Shown here: piece after piece, positions 62,904 through 64,000 of the stretch
How the letters are laid out: each line of letters starts with the position of its first letter
How positions within the stretch are numbered: position 1 is the stretch's first letter
NCBI GenBank assembly: GCA_025964555.1
Contig: JAOPYQ010000028.1
Span: forward strand, 11,754-75,753
Length of the DNA stretch: 64,000 nt
Direction of reading: 5' to 3'
Origin: Thermoleophilia bacterium
GTDB lineage: Bacteria > Actinomycetota > Thermoleophilia > Gaiellales > SKUG01
Notes under the pieces: generated by a model
Seen by the model: only the letters and a program-made list of their open reading frames with translations
Told to the model about the DNA's origin: nothing
Database searches by the model: none
Made by a program: the position numbers and the translations under genes

Positions 62904-62974
62904 GGCGCCGTGGCCGAGTGGTTAGGCAGAGGCCTGCAAAGCCTCGTACACCGGTTCGAATCCGGTCGGCGCCT
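62904..62974 (+). tRNA. tRNA-Cys (anticodon GCA), 71 nt, no encoded CCA.
   Basis: Folded by hand. Acceptor GGCGCCG/CGGCGCC, D arm GCC(G)...(A)GGC, anticodon stem GAGGC/GCCTC with loop CTGCAAA (GCA), 4-nt variable loop, T arm ACCGG-TTCGAAT-CCGGT, and discriminator U as expected for tRNA-Cys. Confidence 0.9.
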
Positions 62975-63991
62975 TCAGTGCTCGAGCGTGTCGAGCGTGA
63001 CGACCTGGTCGCCGCGCACGATGCCGTAGAGCTCCGCGAGCGTGGCTGGAGCGTCGACGCGATCGTCGCTGCCGTGCTGTTCGAGCCAGGCGTTGGCCTC
63101 GTCCTCCGGAAGCTCGGTGAACTCGAGGTGCGCCCAGCTGCGGCCGGGGCGGGCGACGGCATCGTGGAGGCGGTCGATCGGCTCGTTGGTGGTGACGAGC
63201 ACGGAGACGTTCGAACCTTGTCCGAGCATGCCGTCGGTAAGGTTGAGCAGGCGTGAGAGCGCCTGGCCTGCGCTGACGCGGGCGTCGGAGCTGATGAGCT
63301 CGCCAGCATCCTCAAGCACGATGAGCTTCGCGCGCGAGTGCGTGGGCGCGGGTGTCGACGACATTGACGCGTAGTGCACCGGGGGCATCACGCCAGGTCC
63401 GTGCCCCATCGTGTCGGCGAACACGACATTGACCGCGCTGCCATCCGCGCCGTCCCAGTGCTCGTCGACATCGTGGCCGAACAGCACCTGCACGAGGTAC
63501 GAGGCGCGCTCGCCGAGGAAGACTTCGGGGTCGACGATCACATGGATGTCGACGTGATCGCGCCACGCATGCGCGAGCGCGCGAAGCGCAGTGGTCTTGC
63601 CGGTACCGGGCGCGCCGCGCCAAAGGGCGATGCCGCGCGCCGAATCGGGCGGGTTGTCCATGATCTTGGCGAGTGCATCGCTGAGCGGGCCGACGTAGTT
63701 GCCGGCGATCTCGTCCCACGCGGGCGCGTACAGGCGCCGCACCATCGGCTCAGGCCCGTGCTCGGTGAGTGTCCAGAACCAGATCGGCACCCTGGGGTCC
63801 TCCGGGCGCTTCTCGGCCTGCAGGCGCTCGCACAGTCGGTCGAGCAGGTCGTCGGCAGTGGCGGCGTCGTCGGTCGCGACGCGCACGTGACCATTGCCGT
63901 AGTGCCACGAGACCTCCACGAGCTCGCGCTCCTGAACCGATCCCACGAGGAGCAGCTGCCCCATCGAGTCGATGCTCGTCTCCACCTTCAT
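62975..63991 (-). CDS. AAA+ ATPase (classical AAA-type) with a ~115-aa N-terminal domain of unknown function.
   Basis: Walker A 'GAPGTGKTTALRAL', Walker B 'LIVLEDAGELI', sensor-1 'VLVTTNEP', and 'ARPGRSWAHLEF' (Arg-finger region). The stop codon (62975-62977) directly abuts the 3' end of tRNA-Cys. Confidence 0.75.
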   Translation of the reverse strand: MKVETSIDSMGQLLLVGSVQERELVEVSWHYGNGHVRVATDDAATADDLLDRLCERLQAEKRPEDPRVPIWFWTLTEHGPEPMVRRLYAPAWDEIAGNYVGPLSDALAKIMDNPPDSARGIALWRGAPGTGKTTALRALAHAWRDHVDIHVIVDPEVFLGERASYLVQVLFGHDVDEHWDGADGSAVNVVFADTMGHGPGVMPPVHYASMSSTPAPTHSRAKLIVLEDAGELISSDARVSAGQALSRLLNLTDGMLGQGSNVSVLVTTNEPIDRLHDAVARPGRSWAHLEFTELPEDEANAWLEQHGSDDRVDAPATLAELYGIVRGDQVVTLDTLEH

Positions 63992-64000
63992 CTCGCAGAG

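Noticed and set aside
59786-62974. Classical integrative island (integrase + att repeats) at tRNA-Cys.
   Set aside because: No integrase, recombinase, excisionase or transposase-like ORF is present. I could not find a duplicate of the tRNA 3' segment (ggttcgaatccggtcggcgcc) near 59.8-60.0 kb. The island idea is kept only as a compositional hypothesis in the findings.

Overview
This is a very GC-rich window: my hand counts of 60-nt lines give about 70-75% in the core genes. It is almost certainly a chromosomal segment from an actinobacterium (Actinomycetota). Supporting signs are a class A PBP with a C-terminal PASTA domain, gatCAB, a prfA-prmC-tsaC...glyA-upp...wecA neighbourhood, pervasive ATGA/GTGA start-stop overlaps, and many long Arg/Ala/Pro-rich antisense shadow ORFs. 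The collagen-like 'TYANV...' family makes me think of Thermoleophilia (Solirubrobacterales or Conexibacter-like), but I cannot verify that.

Core content:
- A complete F1Fo ATP synthase operon (atpZ-like, atpI-like, atpBEFHA, then atpGDC).
- A translationally coupled VOC/glyoxalase-fold gene wedged between atpA and atpG.
- wecA, upp, glyA, tsaC, prmC, prfA, a PBP1A, a 3-methyladenine glycosylase, serA with a class V aminotransferase, gatCAB and folD.

Accessory or unusual content:
- Two degenerate GGDEF-like genes.
- A possible presenilin/SPP-like membrane protease.
- A coupled pair of P-loop, dynamin-like GTPases.
- A PAP2 / GT-C / leaderless S8 protease block.
- A divergent pair made of a delta-60-repeat propeller protein and a menorin/FAM151-like phosphodiesterase-fold protein.
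- A DegT-family protein whose Schiff-base lysine is replaced by Arg.
- A DUF11 + RTX secreted protein.
- A complete monoderm-type tad/flp pilus locus (50.2-59.8 kb) with tandemly duplicated TadG-like genes and a vWA-TadB fusion.

My best candidate for something undescribed is an operon of three divergent collagen-like (Gly-X-Y) surface-protein paralogues. It lies in a visibly GC-poorer patch (59.9-62.9 kb), bounded by the tadC terminator on one side and a tRNA-Cys gene on the other. The tRNA-Cys directly abuts a convergent AAA+ ATPase gene.

I saw no CRISPR array, rRNA, transposase or integrase. All family assignments come from motif recognition by eye, and no searches were run.
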